Positions 43,634 through 54,021 of a stretch of 64,000 bases of DNA are shown here, in pieces; positions within the stretch are counted from its first letter, which is position 1, and the number at the start of each line of letters is the position of its first letter. Under the pieces are notes generated by a model. The model was not told the origin of the DNA. It did not search any database and saw only the letters and a list, made by a program, of their open reading frames with translations. Where the stretch lies: positions 22,833-86,832 of IMG/VR virus record IMGVR_UViG_3300017963_000024; one strand, given 5' to 3'. Source of the stretch: a virus. A program made the translations under genes and the position numbers.

Positions 43634-44079
43634 TCTTTCGCGCAGACTTAGTGGGCTGGCGTTTGCTTCTCTCAAGATGGGAAAAAGCTGCCTACCTTTT
43701 GAGTGCAGCCGCACAACTTGATGCTTTGAAAGAAGTTGCTGAGAAAATTGCGGAAGCAGCCCGCGAGATGGCTCCGAAAGCTTTTGGTGATCTGATCGAG
43801 TCAATTGTTGTGGAGGAACATCCAACTTGGGTAGCTGTTCTCGTAAAAGCACCCTACGGAGGTTACGTCGAGTTCGGAACAAAACCACATTGGCCGCCTC
43901 TTGAGGCTGTTAGGGCTTGGGCTGAATTGAAGGGCTGGACTGCCGAAGAAATCCAAGCTGGAATTGCTAAGAAAGGTACTCCCGCTCAACCTTTCTTCAT
44001 ACCAGCTTGGGAAAAGTACGAAGATGAAGTTCCGGTAGCCTTTCGTGGAAAAATACAAAAGCTTTGGAAGAGAGTATGA
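43630..44079 (+). CDS. HK97 gp10-like tail completion protein
   Basis: AP...G.L..SI; Y..YVEFGT; AQPFF.PA. Confidence 0.85.
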   Translation: MIFRADLVGWRLLLSRWEKAAYLLSAAAQLDALKEVAEKIAEAAREMAPKAFGDLIESIVVEEHPTWVAVLVKAPYGGYVEFGTKPHWPPLEAVRAWAELKGWTAEEIQAGIAKKGTPAQPFFIPAWEKYEDEVPVAFRGKIQKLWKRV

Positions 44080-44489
44080 TCTCCTTCGAGGAAGTGCAGC
44101 AAGCGGCTTACAACCGACTTGTTGGGGATGTAACCCTTACTTCAAAGCTTGCTCAAGGTGCGAGCAGCGTCATGGATCAGATGGAGCAAGAGCCTCCGTA
44201 TCCTCTGGTTCACCTCGACTACATAACAGCTACTCCTTATTGGGTCCACGGTGAAACGCCTACAGCGGATACTGCCTATTTGCACATGGCTGTCTGGTCA
44301 AAGAAGAATAGCTGGGCCGAAGCTGACGCGATTGCGCGTGACGTGGTCAGACTTCTAGGGCGGTATCAAGTAGTGCAGGGAGACTACAATCTTCAGTTCA
44401 TGTACGGATGGGCACACCAAATTCGCTCCCCGGACGGCAAGCTTCGTCAGATTGCCTTTCGGTTCAAAGTTCTGGCTCTCGATCCGTAG
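44076..44489 (+). CDS. tail terminator (DUF3168/SPP1 gp17-like)
   Basis: Q.A.Y..L; YP.V; VWS....EA..IA. Confidence 0.75.
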   Translation: MISFEEVQQAAYNRLVGDVTLTSKLAQGASSVMDQMEQEPPYPLVHLDYITATPYWVHGETPTADTAYLHMAVWSKKNSWAEADAIARDVVRLLGRYQVVQGDYNLQFMYGWAHQIRSPDGKLRQIAFRFKVLALDP

Positions 44490-44533
44490 GGTCTTGGCTT
44501 TTGAGGCAATCTCGCTTATAGGAGAGAGTGACG

Positions 44534-44785
44534 ATGGAAAAGAAGAAGGTTTTTTTCTACAAGGGGTACACGCACCGTCACGAAGGCGGACGTATCGCAA
44601 CAAGTTGGGGGAGAGGCTTGGCTTCTCTTCCGGTTGATGTAGCTGATCGGCTCATCGCAGAAGGTGCTGCGACTGATCCGAACGCCCCCGCACCAGTTGA
44701 GGAAGAAGAAGCTCCTACTGAAGCTCCAGAGAATCCAACGGAACCATCAAACGACATGGAGGACGTAGGAGATGGCAATTCTTGA
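44534..44785 (+). CDS. small hypothetical structural-region protein
   Basis: RBS GGAGAG; acidic tail. Confidence 0.5.
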   Translation: MEKKKVFFYKGYTHRHEGGRIATSWGRGLASLPVDVADRLIAEGAATDPNAPAPVEEEEAPTEAPENPTEPSNDMEDVGDGNS

Positions 44786-45128
44786 GATTCCCGTAACGAC
44801 GGTCGAGCGGTTCGGTGTTCTCGATGTTTCGCCGGGAGAAGCTGACGAGACAGACGGGAACTACCCTGACGGCAACGACTACAACAACAACGAACAGGAT
44901 GTGATTTTGCACATTCACAACACAGGCGTAGTGACACGCAACATCATCATCGAGTCCATTGACGATCCCTACGGTCGGCAGGAGGACATCCCTATTGCGA
45001 TAGACGCTGGGGACACAAAGATTGTAGGCCCTCTGAGGTCCATAGCCTTTGGTCGGAGAGTAGCTATCACCATCAGCGAGGACTCGACCGATCTCAAGTT
45101 TTGGGCGCTCCGCTTCAAGTACAACTAG
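44772..45128 (+). CDS. hypothetical structural protein
   Basis: Coupled ORF upstream of the tail tube gene. Confidence 0.6.
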   Translation: MAILEIPVTTVERFGVLDVSPGEADETDGNYPDGNDYNNNEQDVILHIHNTGVVTRNIIIESIDDPYGRQEDIPIAIDAGDTKIVGPLRSIAFGRRVAITISEDSTDLKFWALRFKYN

Positions 45129-45159
45129 GACCGGGGACGCTCACTAGGAGGACTTTCAG

Positions 45160-45612
45160 ATGGCAACGGAAGCAATTGCTGGCTTTAAGTCGATGGTCTA
45201 CATCTCGCAGACTGAGGATGGAACCTACAACCGTCTGTGCGAGTTGAAGGAAGTCACTCTCAGCATCGAGCGTGATACCATCGACGTGTCCAACCACTGT
45301 AGCGGAGGGTGGAAAGACAACATCAACGGGATGGCTCAGTGGAGCGCGTCGGCGGAAGCTCTCTACATCTTCGACAACACGGCACAGGAAGATGTGTGGG
45401 ATGCCCTGATCGACGAGAATCCACTGTGGTTCCGCTTCGTTCCTCGTGGCTCGGAAGGTGTTGTCGGTACGCATTACAAGTACGAGGGTCAGGGGATCAT
45501 TACTTCTTGGGAACTCTCCGGGCCGAATGACGATGCGGCTGCAATCAGCATCGAGATTCTCGGTGTAGGCCAACTCGACAGAGCAGTTCTGGAGGCGGGT
45601 GACAATCCATAA
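45160..45612 (+). CDS. major tail tube protein (TP901-1 family)
   Basis: TIDVS....GWK..I.G...WS; G.GIITS......DD...SIE..G.G. Confidence 0.85.
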   Translation: MATEAIAGFKSMVYISQTEDGTYNRLCELKEVTLSIERDTIDVSNHCSGGWKDNINGMAQWSASAEALYIFDNTAQEDVWDALIDENPLWFRFVPRGSEGVVGTHYKYEGQGIITSWELSGPNDDAAAISIEILGVGQLDRAVLEAGDNP

Positions 45613-45643
45613 GTAAAGCTTTCAACGAAAGGAGAGCACTACG

Positions 45644-46036
45644 ATGCCAAAGTTTCGCACAGTTCCGTTTGATCTGCTGGACAGGCCACGGAACATCAGG
45701 TTCGATGTCAATGCGCTGGCCGATCTCGAAGAAAAACTCGGGATCGGTCCCGCGCAAATTTTTTCTGAGGAACGTACCGGCTACGCCACGATTCGTGGTC
45801 TGCTTTGGGCTGGTATAAAGTGGGAAGACAAGAGGATTACCGTCGATAGGGCGGGCGAACTCTTGCAGACTTTCCTCGAAAAAGGCGGCGAGTTAGAGAA
45901 GCTGATGATGCCTCTGGCTGAAGCTTTGACCAACTCAGGTATCTTCCCTAGAGAGGAGGAGATACCTGAATCAAAAAACGAGGAAGCGGGGGGGACGACG
46001 AAGGAAAACCCCTCCGTACCTTCAGAGAATGGATAG
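45644..46036 (+). CDS. tail assembly chaperone G
   Basis: RF..NAL.DLEE.LG; RGLLWAG; between tail tube and tape measure. Confidence 0.8.
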   Translation: MPKFRTVPFDLLDRPRNIRFDVNALADLEEKLGIGPAQIFSEERTGYATIRGLLWAGIKWEDKRITVDRAGELLQTFLEKGGELEKLMMPLAEALTNSGIFPREEEIPESKNEEAGGTTKENPSVPSENG

Positions 46037-46359
46037 ACGCTGCTTTACCTGCTGCGTTGGGGCCGTTGGCACTCTCTCACGATGAATTCTTTCGGCTTAC
46101 CGTGAGAGAGTTCAATGAGCTAATTGAGGGCTACAAGTGGCGCGAGCAGCGAAAGTGGGAAGAAAACGCGGTCGTTGTTGCGACAACGATTGCTCCACAT
46201 CTCAAGAAAGGGAAGAGTCTTTCACCGAAAAAGCTTTTACAGAAGTGGGGTATAGGGGAAGTTAGCCGCGAAGACAAAATATCAAAGTTTGAGGAGCTAA
46301 AGCGACGACTCGAAGAACGTCAACGACGTGCTAGGATGGCGGAGAGGAACCTACGGTAA
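45973..46359 (+). CDS. -1 frameshift extension of the tail chaperone (GT)
   Basis: Slippery A AAA AAC at 45973-45979 in the G frame; the -1 frame is open through to 46359 (F..LT.REF). Confidence 0.75.
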   Translation, partial: KKRGSGGDDEGKPLRTFREWIDAALPAALGPLALSHDEFFRLTVREFNELIEGYKWREQRKWEENAVVVATTIAPHLKKGKSLSPKKLLQKWGIGEVSREDKISKFEELKRRLEERQRRARMAERNLR

Positions 46360-49300
46360 TGGCAGCATCGGGGGCAGCTAGCTCAATCGCGTCGATGATG
46401 GTTCGGCTCGGTGTCGATCCGAAAGCTCTCTTCGTCGGTTTGGCTCGCGCCACAAACGCGATTCTTGCATTCAAAGGCAAAGTTGGCGGTTTGGCTGCTG
46501 CTGGCTCTGCCATTGGCATAGGCTTTGGTGTCGCAATCGCAAACGTCATTGATGAAGCTCGTGAATTTCAAGACACGTTCACGAATGTTGCAAAGACGGT
46601 TGCTGGAGACGCGAAGGAGCTTGAGCCAAAACTCGGTGATCTGGCTCGTCAGTTCCAGAGGTTGTCAACGACTATTCCGATGACAACCACTGAGATCAAC
46701 CGGGTTGGTGAGATCGCTGGTCAGCTTGCTGTTCCAATCGACTTCATCGAGACATTTACCAAGACAATGCTTGGAGTTGGTGTCGCAACCAACTTGTCTG
46801 CCGAAGAAGCTTCGATGGCAATGGCAAAGCTTTTGAACGTAACGGGGATGGGGTATGACCAAATCGAGAATTTGTCCTCCGCTCTCGTTCAACTTGGTAA
46901 TACATCTGCGACCACTGAACGTGATATTGTAAACTTTGCCGTCAGAATGGCTCCGGCAGCCAAACAAGTTCAACTAACTGCCGATCAAGTTTTGGCATTT
47001 TCAGCTAGTATCTCAGAGTTGGGTATCTTGACTGAAGCGGGGGCTACCGCAATCAGCCGTGCAATTGTAGATATGTCGGCTGCTGTGAGTCGGGGTGGCA
47101 CAAAGCTTGCTGTTATGGCGGACACCGCTCAAATGTCCGTCGAAGATTTTTCCACAGCTTTCAGAGAGAAACCCGCAGAAGCCATCCATGCTTTCTTGCG
47201 GGGTTTGGGGGAGCTTGGAGTTGAGTCTGGTAAAGCTTTCTTGAGACTGGCGCAGTTAGGTTCTACATTTGTTGGTCAGCGTGTTCGTAATACTTTGCTT
47301 GCGCTTGCTGGAGCAAGTGACAAGTTGAAGAAGCACCTTGCTGATGCTTCTTCCGAAATGCTTCACGCACAAGCTTTGTCAAATGAGTTTAATCGTAGGT
47401 TGGGCACCCTGACGAGTAACCTACAGATGCTTGGAAATTCCTATGTTCGGATCAAACAGCACATAGGCTCGATTTTCATACCCTCGCTCACAGACGCGAC
47501 CAAAGCAATCAAAAAGGTTGTAGACCGCATAGGTGACTGGACTGAAGGCTCTACTGAGTGGGAAGACTCCACCAAGAAAATGTCTGTAAAGCTTGGATTG
47601 GTGACTGTTGGCGTAACAACACTCATCGGTACTTTCTCCCTCCTAATTGGTGCTCTTCAGCTTGTCTCCAAAGCCATCAGCGTAGTAGCCGTACTCAGGT
47701 ACGCAAGCATTTGGGGGCTTGTTGCTGTTGGAATCGGTACTTTTGTATCACAGGTCATAAAGTATTGGGACGATATTGTTATGGGCACCAAGCGCGCAAC
47801 TGCGTCGGTTGTAAGAGGTGCCTCCATCGTCGCAGAAGCTATTGCGTATCTTACTGGTTGGGATGGCTTGAAGATAAGCGCAGCAGCTTGGGAGGAGTGG
47901 GCCGATTCCGTTGAGGAGTCAGCCTTTCGTGGCTACTCGGCTGCTACAAGCGGACCTGAAGGGGGCAAAGACGAAACAGGGCCTAAACCACCCGAACAGA
48001 TACTTGAAGAGGCTGGCATCGAGTGGGCGCAGATGATGGGGGAGCACGTTGAAGCCATCGCTTCTGCCATTCAAGGACTAGCAGCCATCGACATAAAGGC
48101 ACCAAAACTGAAGTGGGACGAAGAGCAGATCAGAGATGAAACTATAAAACTCTTGGAAAAGGTCTTTACTGATCTCCCGTTTGAAGCTTTCGAGAATATG
48201 CCGCCTGAGTTGCAGGATTTTCTCGATCTTCTGAACCGGCTTAAAGACCCCATTAACACACTCCAAAAAGATTTGTCGCACTTGGAGACAATCTGGCAGC
48301 TTAACGGCAAAACACTGGAGTATGTCTCAAATGTTTGGGATCGCTACGACACCGAAATTCAAAGCTTGTCGCGTAACATGGACAAGCACGGCGCAACAGT
48401 TGTGAAGCTGACAGACGAGCAAGCGGCCTTTGCTAGGTCGTTCGATGTTGTCGGCTTATCCATAGACAATGCAACCAGTGAGCTTACGTCGTTTTCGTCA
48501 GCGGAGGACCAACTCAAAGCGGTGATTAAGGGCATACAAGATGCTCTCCCCATTCTTGCCAAAATGTACGGCCTAAATAGCCAGATGGTTGCTAAGTGGC
48601 GCGAAGAGCTAGAAGGCTTGCAACTTCAACTAAAGGCTATGGGGGAAATAAAAACTGAAGTCTCACTCGGCGAGGTGACGCAAAACTTTGACAAAAGTAT
48701 AAGAGGTGCCGAGCGTCTTGCCGCTGCTTACTGGAGTATTGGAGAACCTTTCGATCTCCTTGAAGCAAAAGCTTCTGAGTACAGGTCCGCTCTACAAGAA
48801 ATTTATGAATCGAACACTATCGACAAGAATGCGGAGGATGTCAAAAATCTTTTAGTAGGCTTGCAAAATCTTCGGAATGTCCAGAAAGTTTTTAATGTCA
48901 TCGAAGGCTCGATTGACAGCGTAGCTAACTCGATCACCTCGACGTTCGATCAGTCCCTCGAAGGCATTATCAACGGAACTGTTTCCGTCGAACAAGCCTT
49001 TGCGAACTTAGGCCGCAATATCGCTCTGATGTGGGCAAAGACAATGGTGAACATGGCTGTTAAGTCTGCTGCTCGCTGGGCAAAAGAGAAAGTTTTGATT
49101 GCTCTGTCTAAATCGACGAAAGCCGCAGCCGATCAAGCCGAAGTTGCATCACACTTAGCCAAGGAAACTGAAAAGACAGGAATCACAGCAGCCGGAACAG
49201 CTACCCGCGAGGAGCTTACTTGGTGGGAAGCCACGAGTGCTGTGCTCGCAAAGTGGTGGGAAAAAGCCGAGTGGCTAGGGACCGAAATACAAAAGACAGC

Positions 49301-49973
49301 TATCTCCATTTGGGGTTCTGTCCAGCGTAACGCAATCCAGATGTGGGAGTTTGCACAGGAGAAAGCTGGAAAGCTTGCTGAGACGGCACTCTGGATAATG
49401 ACTGAAGGCTGGAAGGCTGCCGTTACTTGGGTGACGAACACAGCATTGTGGGGGCAAGTCACCGCTCTTTGGGCTGTAATCGCACCCCTTGTTGCTTCGG
49501 CAGCAAAGTGGCTCCTCCTAGCCGCAGCACAGATGATCTCAGCAATCATGGGGGCTGCTGCCTCCGCTGCACAGATCCCCTACATTGGATGGGTGCTAGC
49601 TATCGTGGCTGCTGCGACTCTGGGTGGCATACTTGGAGCTTACCTCTCTTCGGCTGCCAAAGGTGGTGTGCTAGGCGAAGATACACTCCTCTTTGCTCAC
49701 AAAAAGGAAATGATCCTCCCGCCTGATCTGTCGGTTGGCCTACAGAATATGATTCGTGGCAAGGGCTTCTCAAGTGACGACTACATTGGAGAATTGGGAA
49801 TCGCTGGTCCTACGGAAACTAGAGAAGCCCCCATTACATTTATAATTCAGGCTGCCGATAGCAAAGACGTTAAACGTTTGTTCATGCGGAACGGCCCAGC
49901 GTTGGCAAAAGCTGGAAGGAAGCAGTTCCGTAATTTCAACAAGGACACGCGGATTCCGAGGAAACGAGGATGA
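46359..49973 (+). CDS. tape measure protein (TP901 family)
   Basis: 1204 aa, LGN..AT.E..I core, Trp-periodic C-terminal repeats. Confidence 0.92.
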   Translation: MAASGAASSIASMMVRLGVDPKALFVGLARATNAILAFKGKVGGLAAAGSAIGIGFGVAIANVIDEAREFQDTFTNVAKTVAGDAKELEPKLGDLARQFQRLSTTIPMTTTEINRVGEIAGQLAVPIDFIETFTKTMLGVGVATNLSAEEASMAMAKLLNVTGMGYDQIENLSSALVQLGNTSATTERDIVNFAVRMAPAAKQVQLTADQVLAFSASISELGILTEAGATAISRAIVDMSAAVSRGGTKLAVMADTAQMSVEDFSTAFREKPAEAIHAFLRGLGELGVESGKAFLRLAQLGSTFVGQRVRNTLLALAGASDKLKKHLADASSEMLHAQALSNEFNRRLGTLTSNLQMLGNSYVRIKQHIGSIFIPSLTDATKAIKKVVDRIGDWTEGSTEWEDSTKKMSVKLGLVTVGVTTLIGTFSLLIGALQLVSKAISVVAVLRYASIWGLVAVGIGTFVSQVIKYWDDIVMGTKRATASVVRGASIVAEAIAYLTGWDGLKISAAAWEEWADSVEESAFRGYSAATSGPEGGKDETGPKPPEQILEEAGIEWAQMMGEHVEAIASAIQGLAAIDIKAPKLKWDEEQIRDETIKLLEKVFTDLPFEAFENMPPELQDFLDLLNRLKDPINTLQKDLSHLETIWQLNGKTLEYVSNVWDRYDTEIQSLSRNMDKHGATVVKLTDEQAAFARSFDVVGLSIDNATSELTSFSSAEDQLKAVIKGIQDALPILAKMYGLNSQMVAKWREELEGLQLQLKAMGEIKTEVSLGEVTQNFDKSIRGAERLAAAYWSIGEPFDLLEAKASEYRSALQEIYESNTIDKNAEDVKNLLVGLQNLRNVQKVFNVIEGSIDSVANSITSTFDQSLEGIINGTVSVEQAFANLGRNIALMWAKTMVNMAVKSAARWAKEKVLIALSKSTKAAADQAEVASHLAKETEKTGITAAGTATREELTWWEATSAVLAKWWEKAEWLGTEIQKTAISIWGSVQRNAIQMWEFAQEKAGKLAETALWIMTEGWKAAVTWVTNTALWGQVTALWAVIAPLVASAAKWLLLAAAQMISAIMGAAASAAQIPYIGWVLAIVAAATLGGILGAYLSSAAKGGVLGEDTLLFAHKKEMILPPDLSVGLQNMIRGKGFSSDDYIGELGIAGPTETREAPITFIIQAADSKDVKRLFMRNGPALAKAGRKQFRNFNKDTRIPRKRG

Positions 49974-50596
49974 GCAACCGAGTCTTTCCACCCGATGAGG
50001 CTTACCTCACGGACAAAATCGCGTGGAACAACACAAAGACTCCTCTGTTTACAACTCTGACTCAAATGTCGAGTTCGGGGCGGGAGTCTCGTGTAATGCA
50101 GGAAGTGTATCCTCGTTGGCAATTCGAGGTGGAGTTCAAAGGTTTGTTCGATGATGAACCTCATGGCGATCAAGTCAACGCAATGTACGCCTTCTTTTTG
50201 CAGCATCATGGGCAGTACGAAACGTTCCTCTACAAGGACACACAGGACAATCACTTGGAAGAGCAGCAAATTGGTGTTGGAGATGGCACACAGCGGGTGT
50301 TCCAGATCGTCCGTTCGATGGGTGGCATATTTGCCGAGCCGATCTTCGACATAGATGCAAGCTCTCTTGAAATCTATCACTACATCGGCGGAATCAAGAC
50401 GCCGATTCTGACAGGCTGGGAGGAAGACAACGGGCGTATTACGTTCGATCTAGGAAACGAGCCGACAGGTCCGGTGCTTGTGACGTGTGACTTTTACTAC
50501 CGCGTTAGGTTCTCCTCTGACGAGCTAACGCTTGAGCAACTTCTAACCGCAGTTTGGAGATCGGGGACGATTACCCTTGTCTCAGTCAAACCATGA
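49970..50596 (+). CDS. DUF2460-like distal tail protein (GTA-like)
   Basis: SGRE.R, FF....G....FLYKD, GDG....FQ, F...VRF..D. Confidence 0.85.
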   Translation: MSNRVFPPDEAYLTDKIAWNNTKTPLFTTLTQMSSSGRESRVMQEVYPRWQFEVEFKGLFDDEPHGDQVNAMYAFFLQHHGQYETFLYKDTQDNHLEEQQIGVGDGTQRVFQIVRSMGGIFAEPIFDIDASSLEIYHYIGGIKTPILTGWEEDNGRITFDLGNEPTGPVLVTCDFYYRVRFSSDELTLEQLLTAVWRSGTITLVSVKP

Positions 50597-53500
50597 AACT
50601 GGCAACCAAAGAATTGGTAAGCCTCCTGACTACTCCCGGTCGCCGGGAGTTCTGGATGGCCGACCTGTACCGCTTTCGTCTAAAGTCTGGACAGGATCTC
50701 CGGTGGGCGTCGTCTGACGTAAACGTAAAGCTTTCTTATCGAGACATCATTGTCGGGTCCCACCCGATTGCGTACTTTCCCCTCAGTGGTGATGTGCTGG
50801 ATGAACTTCCAGCGGCACACGACGGGAGAGCCTACAACCTCACGTATGCCAGTGACTCCCCGTTAAACGATGGTAGTGAGGATCAGCAATGTGCCGTCTT
50901 CAATGGAGCGGACTCCGTAGTTGAATTTGACCTGTACGGAGGATGGTTTCGAGTCCTTCGTGCGTTTACCTACGAGTGTTGGTTCAAGGGGGACAACAGC
51001 GCAGACGGCACACACAATCAAGTTTTGATGGGGAGCAATGCTGGTGGTTTTCAATTCTCATGGGACCAAGTTGGTAAAGGCTTGAATGCTTCAGCGGGGT
51101 CTATAACCAACCTTGAATGGATTGGAGCGGAGACTATCCAGACAGGCGCTTCAAAGCTTTATCCGGCTGGAGGGGTTTGGTATCATCTCATTGCAACTTG
51201 GGATGGTGTTTTTCTTCGCCTCTACACCAACGGTGTTCTTGACAACCAGAGCACAGAAACCGATCTAACTCTGAACCCTTATGATGAGTATGTGAAAGAC
51301 AACGATGTGGGCCACTTCCGCATTGGTCTTGGCCCTGAAGCTTTGTCGAGTACAGCTTGGCTTGCTGGCCGATTGGCTCACGTTGCAGTGTACCCATATT
51401 GTATGCCCCCGGAACAGGTGGCGTACCACTATGAGGCGAGGAACGGCATTCTCTTCAGGGCCGACGGGCCTCCGATGGAGAGAGAAGGAGTTCGAGAAAC
51501 GGTTGGAGTCGAAGCAGCGGACATGGAAATGACCGTGTTCCCCCGCGCCGAGGATATGCTGCCTTCGATTGAGGAAAGTGTCGGGAGTACCAATCTGACA
51601 ATCAGGAAAGCTTTGGCAAATCACTACTTCGATCTCGCTGATGTGACTCTCTATCGTGCGTTTGCGTGCAATGTCCTCTGGCCGACTCCTTCTATCACGG
51701 CAGATGTAAACTATGCCGCACATACGAAGTACAATCGTAATGTCTCCGGTGGAGTAGTTTGGATCAACGAGGACAACGCTCTAGGCGAACCAGATGGGTC
51801 TTTTGCGTATCAAGATTTGATCCAAGGAGATACCACTAAGCCTCTGATGTCATTCGGCCACAACTTTGAAGTTCCAGCCGATGCGACAATTACAGGTGTA
51901 AAGGCTACAATTCGGCGGAGAAATGTAAAGATTGATCCAGAGACAGAAGATGTTGGTTCTATCTTCGTGATGCTTGTCGTCAACGCAGATCGTTATGATC
52001 TAGGCTTACCCGATCCCGCTCTTATTGGTGTGTCCCAAGATGATCTTTTCGGTCCAGCTTGGAGTGTTGGCAGTTGGGAAGACAAAGTTTACGGTGGACC
52101 GAACGAGCTGTGGGGCGCAACCCTAACACCTGAAATTGTGAATGATCCGGGATTTGGAGTCGCCTTCAATGCTCACGGGTCTGGCGGGGGAACCCACCCA
52201 CGTCAAGCACAGGTTGATTCGATCCTCTTGGAAGTTTTCTTCGACCACGATGGGACGGAATACAGTCATCCATCGAAGTACCCCGGAGCGGTTACTTCGG
52301 GGAACGTGATTGGTCATGTCCCCGGTACACCTGACTGGATCAATCAATCGAATGTGCTTGTTGAAGACGACACTGGCACCTCTATAACGCTAGCCGCAAA
52401 CCAGTTCGGTAAAGCTTTGCTAGTATCGAACTTTGGTTTCGAGATTCCAGATGGGGCTGAAATCAAAGGACTCAGAATGGGAGTCCGCCTTAAAACATCT
52501 GGAGCAGGAGCCTACATCTGGTACGCGAACGTTCACCATGACGTGACAACGCTTACTTACGATGGCGACACGAAGGGAGTTCTTCCTTATACCAACACAG
52601 ATTGGGAAACAGCTTGGTTCGGAAGCGTTGCTGATGATTGGGGAGCTTCACTCACCCCAGCTATCGTCAGTTCTGAAAACTTTGGTGTTTCTATCCAGCC
52701 GCGCGGATTTTCCAGTGGTCCTAGTGTGATGGAAGTGGACTCCATTCAAGTAATCGTAACGTATTCCTTGGGAGGTGGCACAGACGGAGAGTGCGTCAGC
52801 TACGTCAACACCTCCGACCTAGTGAATAGTGGACCTTTTGTTAAACCACCGGGAGCACTTCTTCGATTTGCTGGAATAATTGGAACGGTACAGGTGAAGC
52901 CAGCGCAAACCGATATGACGGTTCGGAGCAAAATGATCCTCCTCAATGCTCCCGTTCCAAAAAACATCATCAAGCCGGGGTGCTCTTGGTCCCTCTTCGA
53001 CGCGGGCTGTGGAAAACGGCTTACCGACGAAACCTTGTACTTCCAGACAGCCGTTGGACCGGGGTCTACGGCAAGTATTCTTCAACTCCAGTCCTCACCC
53101 GCCTCAAGCTTTTCGTCTACTGTGGCCCCCACACTTCGTTCTCAGGCAAACTACGCAAGAAAGGCGTATGACTACGCTTCAGGTGGTGGCTCTCAGCCTT
53201 GGACCTCCCCGGAAAACTTGGGAGAGTTCAATACACCTTCAACCGTTGCAACCTGTCAGGTCAGAAACGTGACGGGAGAAAATGTCTCTCACCCTCTACT
53301 CCTCTTTGATTATGGATTTGCTCTACCCGATGACGCGGTGGTCGAGGGCGTTGTGGTCACGTACACTCGCCGTCTCCCCGGTAAGAGTGACGACCACAAT
53401 GTTTGGAATTACAACCTGAGTTCCGCTCTATGGGAAAATTGCCAGAACTACGAGTCTGGTTCTCCGGTTCCTATCAAGATTGGTAACGACAAAGCGGACT

Positions 53501-54021
53501 GGAATGGACCCGACTGGTGGGGTGGTTGGGAGTACAAAACGCACGGTAACGAGTCCGACTTGTGGGGAACAGCAGGTGCTTTAACTCCTGAGTTGGTAAA
53601 TTCAGAGGGGTTTGGTTTTGACATTCAGGTCATCAGTGCAGACGACAGCGACAACTGGAGAATTCCAGAAGTTGACGCTGTTAGGGTAACTCTCTACTAC
53701 CGTAGCGCGTCCGAGGATATTGCTGAAGGCGTAGAGGGGCAGAACACAGTTGGCTTCTTCAACCTTGGGCATATCAAATTTTTGACAGGAGATATGGCCG
53801 GATTGCAACGAAGCATCAAGCGACAGACTGGAACTTATGTCGAGCTAGCTCAACCATTTCCCTTTGCCCCACAAGTGGGGGAGACGGTGAGAATGTGGGC
53901 TGGATGCGACAAGACACATACCATGTGCGAGCAAAAGTTTAGGAACCTTCAACGTTTCAGAGGATTCCCGTTAATTACTCCAGCAGATTTGCAACAAGGC
54001 TTTGCACAGGTCAACGCATGA
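50593..54021 (+). CDS. DUF2163-like baseplate hub protein with LamG and triple beta-sandwich insertions
   Basis: N-terminal ADLY.F; C.WSLFD.GC; C-terminal GCDK...C..KF.N..RFRGFP. Confidence 0.8.
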   Translation: MKLATKELVSLLTTPGRREFWMADLYRFRLKSGQDLRWASSDVNVKLSYRDIIVGSHPIAYFPLSGDVLDELPAAHDGRAYNLTYASDSPLNDGSEDQQCAVFNGADSVVEFDLYGGWFRVLRAFTYECWFKGDNSADGTHNQVLMGSNAGGFQFSWDQVGKGLNASAGSITNLEWIGAETIQTGASKLYPAGGVWYHLIATWDGVFLRLYTNGVLDNQSTETDLTLNPYDEYVKDNDVGHFRIGLGPEALSSTAWLAGRLAHVAVYPYCMPPEQVAYHYEARNGILFRADGPPMEREGVRETVGVEAADMEMTVFPRAEDMLPSIEESVGSTNLTIRKALANHYFDLADVTLYRAFACNVLWPTPSITADVNYAAHTKYNRNVSGGVVWINEDNALGEPDGSFAYQDLIQGDTTKPLMSFGHNFEVPADATITGVKATIRRRNVKIDPETEDVGSIFVMLVVNADRYDLGLPDPALIGVSQDDLFGPAWSVGSWEDKVYGGPNELWGATLTPEIVNDPGFGVAFNAHGSGGGTHPRQAQVDSILLEVFFDHDGTEYSHPSKYPGAVTSGNVIGHVPGTPDWINQSNVLVEDDTGTSITLAANQFGKALLVSNFGFEIPDGAEIKGLRMGVRLKTSGAGAYIWYANVHHDVTTLTYDGDTKGVLPYTNTDWETAWFGSVADDWGASLTPAIVSSENFGVSIQPRGFSSGPSVMEVDSIQVIVTYSLGGGTDGECVSYVNTSDLVNSGPFVKPPGALLRFAGIIGTVQVKPAQTDMTVRSKMILLNAPVPKNIIKPGCSWSLFDAGCGKRLTDETLYFQTAVGPGSTASILQLQSSPASSFSSTVAPTLRSQANYARKAYDYASGGGSQPWTSPENLGEFNTPSTVATCQVRNVTGENVSHPLLLFDYGFALPDDAVVEGVVVTYTRRLPGKSDDHNVWNYNLSSALWENCQNYESGSPVPIKIGNDKADWNGPDWWGGWEYKTHGNESDLWGTAGALTPELVNSEGFGFDIQVISADDSDNWRIPEVDAVRVTLYYRSASEDIAEGVEGQNTVGFFNLGHIKFLTGDMAGLQRSIKRQTGTYVELAQPFPFAPQVGETVRMWAGCDKTHTMCEQKFRNLQRFRGFPLITPADLQQGFAQVNA

